This document shows positions 8,257 through 19,398 of a stretch of 64,000 bases of DNA, piece by piece. The position numbers and the translations under genes are program-made. This DNA comes from Thermoanaerobaculia bacterium. GTDB lineage: Bacteria > Acidobacteriota > Thermoanaerobaculia > UBA5066 > Gp7-AA6. Where the stretch lies: assembly GCA_036558325.1 (NCBI GenBank), contig DATBFU010000067.1, forward strand, positions 5,536-69,535, written 5' to 3'. The number at the start of each line of letters is the position of its first letter. The stretch's first letter is position 1. The notes beneath the pieces are model-generated. The model saw only the letters and a list, made by a program, of their open reading frames with translations, was not told the DNA's origin and did no database searches.

Positions 8257-11200
8257 TCATGCCTTCTCGAGCTGGACGAGGAAGGTCTTGTATTCAGGCG
8301 TCCACGTGTTGGGGTCCATGGCCGAAGGCGTCAGGAAGTTGGCCAGCGGACCGGTGTGACCGGGAGTCGCGTCGTAACCCCAGTGCAGCGGAAAACCGAT
8401 GTACCACTGCGTCTTGCCGTTGACTTGGAGCGGACGGAGACGCTTGGTCACCATCGCGACCCCCTCGACGGAGCCGCGCGCGGAGGTTACGCGGGCGCGG
8501 CCTCCGTTGACGATCCCCTTCTCTTTGGCGAGCTCCTCCGGAATCTCTATGAAGAAGCCGGGCTGGAGCTGGTTCAGTCGGTCGATGTTCTTCGTCCAGT
8601 AGTGGTACATCTCGGTCAAGCGGTAAGTGGTGCAGATGATCGGAAACTTATCCGCCGTGCCGTAGACGTCCTTGTCCGTCTTGAACCGCTTGGTCGCCGG
8701 GTTCGAAGTCACCTTCGGATGGAGCGGGTTCTCGATCGCCGCCTCGACCGCCTCGTAGTGCTCGGGGAAGGGCCCGTCGTTCAGCGGCGCGAAGATCTTC
8801 CCCACCCCTTCCGGTAGCATGATGAAAGCGCCGTACTCGCCGGGCGGCGCGTCGGGCTTCATGTCGGGAACGTCTCCGACCCATTTTTCTCCGTTCCATT
8901 TGATGCCGACCCGCGTGGGGTCCCAGGGCTTACCCTCCGCGTCCGCCGATGCCCGGTTGTACATGACGCGGCGATTGGCGGGCCAGGAAAAAGTCCAGTT
9001 GTGGTACATGCCCAAACCAGACGGATCGTCGATCGAATTTCGGCGCTGGGTCAGGTTTCCGGCTTCCGTGAAGCAGCCGGACATCAGCCAGTTGCCGCAC
9101 ATCGTCGTGCCGTCGTCCTGCAGCTGGCCGAAACCATCGACCTGTTGTCCGGCGGTCTTGAGGACCTTCGTCTTGTCCTTGGGGTCGGGGATGTCGGCGA
9201 GCGCCCGTCCGTTCAGCTCCTTGAGGCATTCCGCCAGGTCCGGCGCCACGGGGTTGCTGTAGGACCAATCGATGTTGAGCACTGCCTCAGGAAGCGCACC
9301 GCCTTCCTTGCGGTAGAGATCCCTCACGGCGAGGAAGATGCGAGAAAGGATCTCCTGATCCGACCTGGCCTGCCCGGGGGGATCCACGGCCTTCCATTTC
9401 CACTGGATCCAGCGCGCGGAGTTGGTGAAGCTCCCGTCCTTCTCGGCGAACGTCGCGGCGGGAAGCTGGAACACCTCCGTCGGGATCTTCGAGGCCTCGG
9501 ACGTCCCGTATTCTTTGGGGGCCTGCCAGAAGTTCGCCGTCTCGATCTCGTGATTCTCTCCGACGACGAGCCATTTCAGCTTGGAGAGAGCGGCGATCAT
9601 CTTGGGAGAGTTCGGCCCGATCCCGACGGGATTCATTCCGAACGTGATCAGGCCCTCCGGTCCGGGCTCCTGTCCTCCGGCGCGCGTCGAATTTCCGCGG
9701 TACATGTCGTCGAAGATGTACATCCAGGAGTAATTGCCGTCGACCTTGGGGAGCCAGGCGTATCCAAATTCGTTTTCTTTCGTGCCCGCTTTGCCGTAAG
9801 TCGCTTTCAGCAGCGAGGCCATGAACTTGGGATAGTTCTGCCAGTAGTTCATCGACGGCCCGAGCGCTTTGGGGATGTTGGCCTCGTTGTACTCCTTGAG
9901 GCTCTGCCACTGGGACTGCGGGGTCTTGACATATCCGGGAAGGATTTCGAACGTGCCCGCGGTATCCGTCGCCCCCTGGATATTCGAGTGCCCGCGCAGG
10001 GCGTTGACGCCGCCGCCGGGCCGGCCGACGTTGCCGAGAAGGAGCTGCAGCATCGCCGCCGTGCGGATCATCTGCACCCCGACCGAATGCTGCGTCCAGC
10101 CGAGCGCGTACATGATCGTTCCGGCGCGCTGCGCGTTGCCCGTCGATGTCACGACCTCGGCGACCTTGAGAAACGTGTCCTTCGGGGTGCCGCAGACCCT
10201 TTCGACCATCTCCGGCGTGTAGCGGTCGACGTGCTTCTTCAGGAGCTGGAACACGCAATTCGGATCCTGAAGCGTCCGATCGGTCTTCGCGAAACCGGTC
10301 TTCGCCTCGGTCTGATAGGCCCAGGTGTCCCGGTTGTAGCTGCCGGAGGCTGCGTCGAAGCCGGAGAACAAGCCGTCGTCGAACTCGAATGCCGGGTTGA
10401 TCAGAAGAGGGGCGCTCGTGTGGATCTTGACGTAGTCCTCGTGGTAGCGATTGTTGGCGATCGCGTAACGGATGATGCCCAGCAGATACGCGATGTCGGT
10501 GCCCGGCCGGATCGGGGAATAGAGATCGGCGACCGCGCCGGTGCGCGTGAAGCGCGGATCGACTGCGACGATCTTGGCGTTACGAGTCTTCTTGGCCTCG
10601 ATCGCCCATTTGAAGCCGCAGGGATGGTTCTCGGCGGGATTGCCTCCCATGCAGAGGACGACATCGGCGTTCTTGATGTCGACCCATCCGTTGGTCATCG
10701 CTCCCCGGCCGAACGTGGCGGCCAAACTGGCCACCGTCGGCCCGTGTCAAACCCGGGCCTGGCTGTCCCGGTACGGCACCCCCAGGGCCGTGATGACCTT
10801 CCATTGGAGCCAGTTGAATTCGGTGGTGTCCGTGCAGCCACCGATCATCGCGATGCCGGGAGTGCGATTGACGACTTGTCCCTTCGCGTTCTTCGCGACG
10901 AAAGTCTTGTCGCGCGTGTCCTTGATGTGGCGCGCGATCTTGGCGACCGCTTCGTCCCAGCTGATGTCCTCCCAGTGATCCGATCCCGGCCGTCGGACCT
11001 TCGGCTTCATCAGGCGGTCTTTGCTGATGATGTCGTCCTTCACGGTCGCGCCCTTGGGGCAGAGCGTTCCGCGATTGATCGGATGGTCGGGGTCGCCTTC
11101 GACATGGACGACGGCGGCCGTCGCGTTCTTCGCCTTGTCGCCGAGAGTATGGATGATCATTCCGCACGAGACCGCGCAGTACGGGCAGGTACTTCGGGTC

Positions 11201-11328
11201 TCGGTGGTGCGCGAGATCTTGAACTCGCGCATCTCGGCTTGCGCGTCGGAAACGTCGAAGCCGAGCGCGATCGACGTTCCGATGCCGGTTGCCTTGAGGA
11301 ATCCGCGTCGCGAGATCTGCACCTTCAT
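8257..11328 (-). CDS. fdnG: formate dehydrogenase-N alpha subunit, selenocysteine-containing (in-frame TGA at 10747-10749), Tat signal
   Basis: Two adjacent track ORFs (10747..11328 and 8257..10734) are in the same frame, separated only by TGA. The flanking peptide DSQARV-U-HGPTVASL matches E. coli FdnG ...ARVUHGPTVASL. The N-terminus SRRGFLKATG is a Tat motif. Confidence 0.9.
10700..10746 (-). promoter_or_regulatory. putative SECIS hairpin immediately downstream of the Sec UGA of fdnG
   Basis: mRNA ACGGUGGCC-AGUUU-GGCCGCCACGU can fold as a bulged stem-loop about 10 nt after the UGA, as bacterial SECIS elements require. Confidence 0.4.
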
Positions 11329-11379
11329 GCGACCCCTCCTGCAAAGCGCAAACTATTCCAGACCCTTCGGTCTAGGTTG

Positions 11380-12246
11380 TCAAGATCGATCTACAGGAAT
11401 GCGATATTTCGGATCCCGACCGATTCCCGCGGGGTCGCCGCCGAGGACCCGCCGCGAATGGCTGTACACGTTGAAACGGCGCTCCCTCAGGAAGCCGACG
11501 AGCGTCACGCCGCCCGCGTCCGCCAGCTCGACGGCGAGGCTCGACGGCGCGGAGACCGACGCGACGACCGGGATCCCGGCGTTGTACGCTTTTTGAACAA
11601 TCTCGAAGCCCGCGCGGCCGGAAACCATCAGGATCCGGTCGCCCGCCGGGACGGCGCCGTCACGGAAGAGGCGTCCGACGAGCTTGTCCGTGGCGTTGTG
11701 GCGCCCGATGTCTTCGCGCACCGCCAGACGGGATCCGGTGGCGTCGAAGAGCGCCGCCGCGTGAAGGCCTCCAGTCCGGGAAAAGACGGATTGCGACTCG
11801 CGGAGCTTGTCCGGGAGCCCGTAGAGGACCTCCGCCGCGACGCGGAGTGGGGATGTCAGGGGAGGGCGCCCCGCCGGGAGGATCGCGTCGATGGAGGTCC
11901 TTCCGCAGACGCCGCAGGCGGAGCCCATGACCGTCGAGCGCCGCAGGGCGCGGGCGCGCCCGACAGCCTCGGGCCGTACCGTGGCGATCAGGACGTTCTC
12001 GCGCATGTCCGATTCCATCCGGGGGTCGGAGGACCGGCGCAGGGAACACAGATCCGCCGGAGTCGCCAGGACCCCCTCGGCAAAGAGCAATCCCGCGGAG
12101 AGGTCCTCGTCCTCTCCGGGGGTCCTCATCGTGACGACGAAGGCCTCGGGCGACCCGCCGTTTTCCTCCTGCAGCCGGATCTCGAGTGGCTCCTCGACGG
12201 CGAGAGAGTCCTCGCGCTCGCGAACGTCGTCTCCGTCGCGGGACAT
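11380..12246 (-). CDS. fdhD: formate dehydrogenase accessory sulfurtransferase FdhD
   Basis: GRHNATDKLVG and SGRAGFEIVQKA motifs, CGVCG. Internal ATG at 12244-12246 chosen (about 288 aa, like E. coli FdhD). Confidence 0.85.
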   Translation of the reverse strand: MSRDGDDVREREDSLAVEEPLEIRLQEENGGSPEAFVVTMRTPGEDEDLSAGLLFAEGVLATPADLCSLRRSSDPRMESDMRENVLIATVRPEAVGRARALRRSTVMGSACGVCGRTSIDAILPAGRPPLTSPLRVAAEVLYGLPDKLRESQSVFSRTGGLHAAALFDATGSRLAVREDIGRHNATDKLVGRLFRDGAVPAGDRILMVSGRAGFEIVQKAYNAGIPVVASVSAPSSLAVELADAGGVTLVGFLRERRFNVYSHSRRVLGGDPAGIGRDPKYRIPVDRS

Positions 12247-12359
12247 CACGCGAACGGACTGGTACGGCTTCACGCGGCGATCGTACCAAGCGAACGCCCC
12301 CGGGGTCGTTCCGAATGTCGGGACGGAGGCGCGAACGCCTCCGTCCCGGCATCCTTCTC

Positions 12360-13583
12360 CTAGAACGTGAAGAGGGCCGAAAGCGCCATCTGCCGGCCGT
12401 TGACCTTCTGGTCGCCCGATGTCGTCGTCTTCAGCGAGTCGAGCATGTATTCGGCGCCGATCGCGAAGGGGCCGGAGCGCCACCGCAACATCCCCGCGTA
12501 CATGGTGTTCTTCAGCCGCGTGTTCTTCGATGCGATGACGTCGGAATCCTTGGGATCGTCCATGCCCCAGAAAGCGAAGAGACTCCAGTTCTTGGTGAAG
12601 TCGAACCCGACCTGAGCCCAGCCTCCCTGGCCCTGAATCTTTCCGAACTGCGTGATCATGCCGAACTGCTGGCCGATCGAATGGCCGGTGTACCCGTTGC
12701 CCTGGAGCATGACCGGTCCGATCTGGAATTTCGCGCCGATCTCGAACGCAGTGCCTTGCAGATGATCGTTGGGCTCGACTCCGCCCGAACCACCGGGGCC
12801 GGACAGGTCTTTCTCATCGACGTGCCCGACGACGTATCCGCTCCACGTGAAGTGATCCGACTTGCCGCCGACGTTGAATCGCAACTCGAACTCGGGCCAC
12901 GTGCCGCTGCCTGCGGAGTGATTGTCGATGTTGTCGTTGTTGCAGGCCGTCGCGATCGGAGCGGTGCAGTTCCACGAGCCCGCCATCATGGCGACCTGAG
13001 CCTCCGCCGTGACGGACGCGTCCTTGGGCGTCAACGCCTGGTAGACGAAGATGCCCGGAAACCGCCATCCGATGTCTCCTGCGGAGCCGTATCCGAGAGG
13101 GAAGGCGATGTGGGCCAGGGAGACGGCGGTGTTCCCGAAGAGCGGCGACCACTGCTGTCCAATCCGGATCGTGGTCGAGCCGTTAGTCAGATCCGCAAAC
13201 CCGAGGCGCAGGCGCGGCAGCGGCTGCTGTCCGCTGAAGGCCCCGGTGCCGTTGTTCCCGCCGAAGAAATCCATCTCGACCGTTCCGGCCACCTTGAAGG
13301 AGCCCACCACCTTCGGACCGTCGAAGACCATCGTGAGGCGGGTATTGCGGACGTCCCCGCCTCCGAACCAACGGTCGACCTGAGACTCGGGCGGTGTTGG
13401 GTATTCGGCGTTTTGGCCGTTACCGAAAGTGAAACTCTGATCCTGGGCGAACGCCGTGGCGCTGATGAATCCGTGAAACGTCAGACTGATGTCCTTTCCC
13501 ATCTGTACGGTTTGAGCCGACGCCCGGGACGCACACAAAACCGTCGACGCCGCGAGAAGCGTGAATCCGACCCTGGCTCTCAT
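12360..13583 (-). CDS. outer-membrane beta-barrel porin (signal peptide, C-terminal Phe)
   Basis: Signal peptide MRARVGFTLLAASTVLCASRASA. Alternating amphipathic strands, Gly/aromatic-rich, ends ...ALFTF. Confidence 0.6.
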   Translation of the reverse strand: MRARVGFTLLAASTVLCASRASAQTVQMGKDISLTFHGFISATAFAQDQSFTFGNGQNAEYPTPPESQVDRWFGGGDVRNTRLTMVFDGPKVVGSFKVAGTVEMDFFGGNNGTGAFSGQQPLPRLRLGFADLTNGSTTIRIGQQWSPLFGNTAVSLAHIAFPLGYGSAGDIGWRFPGIFVYQALTPKDASVTAEAQVAMMAGSWNCTAPIATACNNDNIDNHSAGSGTWPEFELRFNVGGKSDHFTWSGYVVGHVDEKDLSGPGGSGGVEPNDHLQGTAFEIGAKFQIGPVMLQGNGYTGHSIGQQFGMITQFGKIQGQGGWAQVGFDFTKNWSLFAFWGMDDPKDSDVIASKNTRLKNTMYAGMLRWRSGPFAIGAEYMLDSLKTTTSGDQKVNGRQMALSALFTF

Positions 13584-13622
13584 CGAGTCCTCCTTTCGAT
13601 CGATGGTGGGCGCATCGAATCG

Positions 13623-14471
13623 TCACTTCACCGCCCCGACGGTGAAGCCAGCGATGAAGCGGTCGAGGAAAAGGTTGTAGAGAATTCCGATCGGCAGGCT
13701 GGCGATGAGGCAGGCGGCCATGAGCGAGCCCCAGTAGTACACGTCTCCGCGCACGAGATAGATCGGCACGCCGACTCCCACGGTCTGGTGCGCCGCCGAG
13801 GAGATGAACGTGAGCGCGTAAACGAACTCTTGGGTCACCAGCGTAAACGCGAAGATGACCACCGTCACGATGCCGGAAAAAGAGATCGGGACCACCATCC
13901 GAACGAAGGCCTGGAAGCGCGTGAGGCCGTCCACCATGGCCGCATCCTCGAGCTCCATCGGGATCGCCTTGAAAAACCCCATCAGGAGCCACGTGGCGAA
14001 GGGGATCGTGAAACTGGGATAAACGACGATGATCGCCCAGATGGAGTCCTGAACGCCCAGGCCCGCCACGATACGCGAGAGCGGAATGAACAGCAGGGTC
14101 GGAGGGACCAGATACGTCAGGAAGATCGCGATGCCGAGCTGTTCGCCCAGACGGCCGGTCAGCCGCGCGAGCGCGTAAGCGGCCGGCATGGCCAGCGCCA
14201 GCGTGATGATGGCGACGAGGAGCCCGGCGAAGCATGTGTTCGCGAACCATCGCAGAAAGAGCGTCTCCTGGAGGAGCAGGCGCAAGTGCTCGAACGTCGG
14301 CCGCTCCGAAAAGAGGAACGGGTTGTTCTTCAAGTTGTAGAGATCCGTGGTTCGCTTGAAGCTCGTGATGGCCATCCAGTAGAACGGGAAAGCGAGGGCC
14401 ACCGAGAAGACGACGAGGATCGTCCTCTTGATGCCGCGCTCCACCGCGCTTCCCGGCCGACCGTCGGACAT
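13623..14471 (-). CDS. carbohydrate ABC transporter permease (MalG/UgpE-like)
   Basis: ATG at 14469-14471 overlaps the upstream stop (ATGA). EAA-loop region AAMVDGLTRFQAFVRMVVP. Confidence 0.85.
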   Translation of the reverse strand: MSDGRPGSAVERGIKRTILVVFSVALAFPFYWMAITSFKRTTDLYNLKNNPFLFSERPTFEHLRLLLQETLFLRWFANTCFAGLLVAIITLALAMPAAYALARLTGRLGEQLGIAIFLTYLVPPTLLFIPLSRIVAGLGVQDSIWAIIVVYPSFTIPFATWLLMGFFKAIPMELEDAAMVDGLTRFQAFVRMVVPISFSGIVTVVIFAFTLVTQEFVYALTFISSAAHQTVGVGVPIYLVRGDVYYWGSLMAACLIASLPIGILYNLFLDRFIAGFTVGAVK

Positions 14472-15355
14472 CACGCCACCTCGGCCCGACGAGCGGTCCG
14501 AAGCATCAGCCATGCCACCACCCCGAGGAGCGGGACCAGGAAGAGCGAGATCGCCGCTCCTTCGGCCAGATCGCTGCCGAGGATTCCGGTGAAGAAAGCC
14601 AGAGACGGAAGAACCTGCGTCGTGTCGTAGGGCCCGCCCCGCGTCAGAATGTACACGACGGTCATATCGGTGAACGTGAAGATGATCCCGAAGAGCAGGG
14701 CGACGTTCACGATCGGCAGGAGCATCGGCAGCGTGATCTGGAAGAGCGTCCGGAAGTACCCGGCGCCGTCGACGGCCGCGGCCTCGGGAATGTCCCTGGG
14801 GATCGCCGTCCATCCGGCGAGCAGGATCACCGTCGCGAACGGCAGGATGTGCCAGGTGTGGACGAGGATCACGGAAATCATCGCGAGCGTCGGCTGGCCA
14901 AGCCACATCGGCACGTCGAGCGGCTTGACCAGATGGAGCCGGACGAGTGTCCAGTTGATGACGCTGTAGAGGGAGTCGAGAATCCACTTCCACCCGATCG
15001 AGCCGATGGAGACCGGCGCCACCCAGGGGAGCAGGATCAGGAACCGAAAGAACTGCCTTCCGCGGAACGCGTCCTTGAGTGTCAGTGCGAGCATGTTGGC
15101 GCCGACGAGCACGAGAATCTGCGACGTGATCGTGAAGACGAACGAGTTGCGAAGGGCGTGCCGGAAGGTCGGGTTCTCGAGCACCGAGCGGAAGTTCGCG
15201 AGGCCGACGAAGTGCCAGCCGACGGAGCCCACCTTGACGTCCCCGAGAGCGTAGAAAAAAGCGAGCACGAACGGCACTCCCACGAGCGCCAGGACGTAGA
15301 GGACGGCCGGAAAGAGCATCGCCGGCCCGAGCCAGCGTTGTCGCCCGCCGCTCAT
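14471..15355 (-). CDS. carbohydrate ABC transporter permease (MalF/UgpA-like)
   Basis: Internal ATG at 15353-15355 overlaps the ATPase stop (ATGA). EAAAVDGAGYFRTLFQITLP EAA motif. Confidence 0.85.
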   Translation of the reverse strand: MSGGRQRWLGPAMLFPAVLYVLALVGVPFVLAFFYALGDVKVGSVGWHFVGLANFRSVLENPTFRHALRNSFVFTITSQILVLVGANMLALTLKDAFRGRQFFRFLILLPWVAPVSIGSIGWKWILDSLYSVINWTLVRLHLVKPLDVPMWLGQPTLAMISVILVHTWHILPFATVILLAGWTAIPRDIPEAAAVDGAGYFRTLFQITLPMLLPIVNVALLFGIIFTFTDMTVVYILTRGGPYDTTQVLPSLAFFTGILGSDLAEGAAISLFLVPLLGVVAWLMLRTARRAEVA

Positions 15356-16395
15356 GCGAGCGGAATCGCGGCGCGGCGCCGTCCGGTCCGGGGATCGAAG
15401 AACTTCAGGTCCTCGCGGGCCACCTCGAAGGCGGCAGGCTCGGAGGAGGCGAGAAGGCGGGACCATGTCGACGGGACGCGGGCGATCGCCTTGCTGCCGT
15501 GGAACGGGCCGCCCTCGATCCAGCCGTAAAGAATGCGCTCGGCTCCCAGATACTCTTCGTGGCTGAAGCGAAACGAAATTGGAAGAGCGGCGCAGTCCGC
15601 CGGGAGCGTCCCGGCCGGCCGAATGTGCTCCGGGCGGAACCCCACGAGGGCGTCGTCGGTCTCGGCGACGTTCATCGGCGGTGATCCGAGAAACGTGGCG
15701 ACGAACGTATCGGCCGGATCGTCGTAGACCTCGCGCGGCGTTCCGATCTGGCAGACCCTGCCGTGATTCATGACGACCACCCGGTCTCCCATCGCCATCG
15801 CCTCCACCTGGTCGTGAGTCACATAGATGGTGGTCGTCCCGATGCGCTTCTGGAACTGCTCGATCTCCTCGCGGGCGGAGGCGCGGAGCTTGGCGTCGAG
15901 ATTTGAGAGGGGCTCATCGAGCAGGAAAACGGAGGGCTCCCGCACGATCGCCCGCGCCAGGGCGACGCGTTGCCGCTCGCCGCCGGAAAGCTCGCGCGGC
16001 TTTCGGCCGAGCAGGTGGCCGATGCCGAGCAGCCCGGCGGCCCACGCGGCCTTCTTGTCGCGCTCCGCGCGCGCGACTCGCTGCGCCTTGAGCGGGAACA
16101 CGATGTTCCCGTGAACCGTCAGATGCGGATAGAGCGCGTAGCTCTGGAACACCATGGCGATCCGGCGCTGGCGCGGCGAAAGCCCATTGACGACGGTGCC
16201 TCCGATCCAGATCTCCCCCGAAGTCGGCTCCTCGAGTCCCGCGATCATGCGCAGCAGCGTCGTTTTCCCCGATCCGGAAGGCCCGAGCAGCACCAGGAAC
16301 TCGCCTTCGACGCTCCGAAGGTCGACGTCGATGACGGCGCCGACCTGTCCGCGCTGAAACACTTTGGTCAGGCCCCGGGTCTCGACGACGGCCAC
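15352..16395 (-). CDS. ABC transporter ATP-binding protein (MalK/UgpC-type)
   Basis: Walker A GPSGSGKTT, signature LSGGERQRV, Walker B FLLDEPLS, C-terminal TOBE-like region. Confidence 0.9.
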   Translation of the reverse strand: MAVVETRGLTKVFQRGQVGAVIDVDLRSVEGEFLVLLGPSGSGKTTLLRMIAGLEEPTSGEIWIGGTVVNGLSPRQRRIAMVFQSYALYPHLTVHGNIVFPLKAQRVARAERDKKAAWAAGLLGIGHLLGRKPRELSGGERQRVALARAIVREPSVFLLDEPLSNLDAKLRASAREEIEQFQKRIGTTTIYVTHDQVEAMAMGDRVVVMNHGRVCQIGTPREVYDDPADTFVATFLGSPPMNVAETDDALVGFRPEHIRPAGTLPADCAALPISFRFSHEEYLGAERILYGWIEGGPFHGSKAIARVPSTWSRLLASSEPAAFEVAREDLKFFDPRTGRRRAAIPLA

Positions 16396-16404
16396 GGGTG
16401 GACT

Positions 16405-17736
16405 TTACTTCCACTTGTCGAAGATTCGTTTGATCTCCTTCTCCGCCGCGCGCGCCGACTCTTCCGGAGTCATCATGCCCTGAGCCGCCTTGGCGAACAT
16501 CGTCGGCAGGACGAAGGTGTTGAAGACTTCGTCGATCGCCGCGGTCGCATAGCCCGGATAACCCACATTCGTCGACCAGTCGAGAGCGCTCGAGAGGACC
16601 CTGTATTTGTCCGACGGGACGGCTTTCGGATCGTTGGCGAGCTGCTGCGCCAGGTCCGGGACGGTCGAGGGAAAGCACGGAAAGTTGTAGAACTCGCTCG
16701 CCTTGAAGGCCGCGCCGAAATTGGCGAGGTAGTCGATGAGGAACTGCTTGGCGCCATCCTTGTTCTCGGCGAAATCCCAGATCGCGTAGCAGCTCATCAC
16801 GTGCTCGGAGGCGATCCGGCGCACCGGTCCCTTGAGCGCCGGAGTCAGCTGGATCGCCTTGGACATCTCGGGATTGTCCTTCTCCGCCGCCCGCGTGACC
16901 GAGATGGCGTTGTCGACGTAGGAGAGCTTTCCCGCCAGGATCCCGCGGTTGTTGGAGGACGGGTCCCAGGTGAACACCTCGGGCGTCATGGTCTCGTTGA
17001 AAAGGGCCTTCATGTACTTGATCGACTCGATCGTCTCCTTGGAATAGATCGTCACGTTGCCCGCGGCGTCCTGCTCGGCGCCGCCGAAGGACCACAGCAG
17101 CGCACGGACCGCCATGTTTGTATCGAGCTCCTGAGAGAGACCGACACCGACGGGATTGCCGGATTGCTCCTTGATCTTCCGGCCCCCGACGCGGAGGTCT
17201 TCCCAGGAATCCGGCCCCTTGGGAAAGCCGGCCTTGGACCAGAGGTCCTGCCGATAGTTGCCGGGATCGGGGACGTAGGAGTCCGAAAACGCGAAATATT
17301 TCTTCGTCTTCGGATTGAAGGTCGACCTTTCGGCGAGGGGAATCATCTTGCCGTGGCTCTTTTGAACGGTTTCGTAGATCTCGCGATGGTCGATGACCTG
17401 CTTTTCGTAAGCCGCCGGGGGGGAGAGGAACATGAAGAGGTCGTGTCCCTTCTTCGCGGCGACTTCGGCGGCCGCGCGTGCGTTGATCTCCCCGATCGCG
17501 ATGTGATCGACGACGACCTCGGTGCCGTGTTTCTGCCCCCACTCCTTGGTGAAGACGCCGTCGAACCACTTGTCGTATCCGGGGACGAAGTGGCTCCACT
17601 GGATGATCTTCAGCGTCTTCTCCTGCGCGGCGGCGCGGCTGGGTACGAGGAAGGCGGGGGCGCCGGCGGCGAGCGCGCCGGCTCCCGCGAGCTTGCTGAA
17701 TTGTCGGCGGGTCAAGCCCCGAGAACGTCGTGCCAT
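16405..17736 (-). CDS. ABC transporter substrate-binding protein (first gene of the importer operon), Tat/Sec signal
   Basis: RRQFSKLAGAGALAAGAPAF signal. Paralog of 880..2232. Confidence 0.9.
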   Translation of the reverse strand: MARRSRGLTRRQFSKLAGAGALAAGAPAFLVPSRAAAQEKTLKIIQWSHFVPGYDKWFDGVFTKEWGQKHGTEVVVDHIAIGEINARAAAEVAAKKGHDLFMFLSPPAAYEKQVIDHREIYETVQKSHGKMIPLAERSTFNPKTKKYFAFSDSYVPDPGNYRQDLWSKAGFPKGPDSWEDLRVGGRKIKEQSGNPVGVGLSQELDTNMAVRALLWSFGGAEQDAAGNVTIYSKETIESIKYMKALFNETMTPEVFTWDPSSNNRGILAGKLSYVDNAISVTRAAEKDNPEMSKAIQLTPALKGPVRRIASEHVMSCYAIWDFAENKDGAKQFLIDYLANFGAAFKASEFYNFPCFPSTVPDLAQQLANDPKAVPSDKYRVLSSALDWSTNVGYPGYATAAIDEVFNTFVLPTMFAKAAQGMMTPEESARAAEKEIKRIFDKWK

Positions 17737-17787
17737 GGTGGCCCTCCTTATCGGATCGAGCGAGACGCCGTCGCCTTTCGCCCGTGA

Positions 17788-19398
17788 TCAAAAATCATGT
17801 CGGATGTCCCGATCCTTGGTCTCCCGCAGGAAGAGGCTGCCGATCACGAAGCTCATGATCGCGACGATGATCGGATACCAGAGGCCCGCGTAGATGTTGC
17901 CCTTCGAGGCCACCATCGCGGTCGCGAGGAGCGGCAGCATGCCTCCGAACCACCCGTTGCCGATGTGATACGGCAGTGACATCGACGTATAGCGGATGCG
18001 CGTCGGGAAGAGCTCGACCAGGAAGGCGGCGATCGGGCCGTACACCATCGTGACATAGATGACCATGATGACGAGGATCAGCAGCGTCAACGGGAAATTG
18101 ATCGCGGCCTTGTCGATCGTGGCGGGGTAGCCGCCCGCTTTGAGCGCGGCCTTGTACTGGTCCTCGTTCCAGCCTTTGAGCTCGGTGTCGCCGATCTTCG
18201 TGACGACCGACTCTCCCGAGACGGCCGGCAGCTTCTGGAAGGAAAGGCCGGCCTTGGTCAGGAAGTCCATCGCCTTGTCGCAGTCGGAATACCGCGTCTT
18301 CGGCGTGGGAAAGATGTGCATCGAGCAGTCCGAAGCGGCGACGCTGATCGGCGTGTTCTTGGCGTACTGCTCGAGCGCGGGATTGACGGAGTGCGTCAGG
18401 GCCCTGAAGAGCGGGAAATAGGTGAGGGCGGCGATCAGGCAGCCCGCCATGATGATCCACTTACGGCCGATGCGGTCGGAGAGCCAGCCGAAGAAGATGA
18501 AGAACGGCGTTCCGATGATCAGCGACAGTCCGATGAGCTTGTAGGTCGTCAGGTAGTCCATCTTGAGATACAGGGTCAGGAAGAAGAGCGCGTAGAACTG
18601 GCCCGTGTACCACACGACGCCCTGGCCCGCGGTCGCCCCGAAAAGGGCGAGCAGAACGATCTTCAGATTGGGCCACCGGGCAAAGCTGTCCGTCAGCGGC
18701 GCCTTGGAGCCCTTTCCTTGCTCCTTCATCGCGCGGAAGATCGGAGATTCCTGCAGCTTCAGCCGGATGTAGACGGAGAACGCGAGCAGGATCACCGAGA
18801 GCAGGAACGGAATCCGCCAGCCCCACTCCTTGAACGCGTCCACCGACATCTTCACGCGGCACACCCCGATGATGATCAGGGCCAGAAGAAGGCCGAGGGT
18901 CGCCGTCGTTTGGATCCAGCTCGTGTTGTAACCTCGCTTGCCGTGGGCCGAGTGCTCGGCGACGTAGGTTGCAGCGCCGCCGTACTCGCCCCCGAGCGCG
19001 AGCCCTTGGAGGAGGCGCAGGGCGACGAGGAGGATGGGAGCGGCGAACCCGATCTTCGCGTAGGTCGGCAGGAGGCCGACGGCGGCCGTGGAGGAGCCCA
19101 TGACCACGATGGTCACCAGGAACGTGTACTTCCGGCCGACGAGATCGCCGATTCGGCCGAAGACCAGAGCGCCGAAGGGGCGGACGAGGAACCCGGCCGC
19201 GTAAGCGACGAAGGACGAGAGCAGCGCCGCCGTGGCGTTTCCCGGCGGAAAGAACAGTGCCGCGAAGAATGGGGCGAGCGTCGCATAGAGGTAGAAGTCG
19301 TACCACTCGAAGACGGTGCCGAGGGACGAAGCGAAGATGACCCGTCGTTCCTCCTTCACCTCGGTCGGACCCAGCACATCGGTGGTTGCCGTCGCCAT
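17788..19398 (-). CDS. MFS transporter, metabolite:H+ symporter (MHS) family
   Basis: 12 TM. GRIGDLVGRKYTF and LSDRIGRK MFS signature loops. Resembles ProP/KgtP-like transporters. Confidence 0.85.
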   Translation of the reverse strand: MATATTDVLGPTEVKEERRVIFASSLGTVFEWYDFYLYATLAPFFAALFFPPGNATAALLSSFVAYAAGFLVRPFGALVFGRIGDLVGRKYTFLVTIVVMGSSTAAVGLLPTYAKIGFAAPILLVALRLLQGLALGGEYGGAATYVAEHSAHGKRGYNTSWIQTTATLGLLLALIIIGVCRVKMSVDAFKEWGWRIPFLLSVILLAFSVYIRLKLQESPIFRAMKEQGKGSKAPLTDSFARWPNLKIVLLALFGATAGQGVVWYTGQFYALFFLTLYLKMDYLTTYKLIGLSLIIGTPFFIFFGWLSDRIGRKWIIMAGCLIAALTYFPLFRALTHSVNPALEQYAKNTPISVAASDCSMHIFPTPKTRYSDCDKAMDFLTKAGLSFQKLPAVSGESVVTKIGDTELKGWNEDQYKAALKAGGYPATIDKAAINFPLTLLILVIMVIYVTMVYGPIAAFLVELFPTRIRYTSMSLPYHIGNGWFGGMLPLLATAMVASKGNIYAGLWYPIIVAIMSFVIGSLFLRETKDRDIRHDF

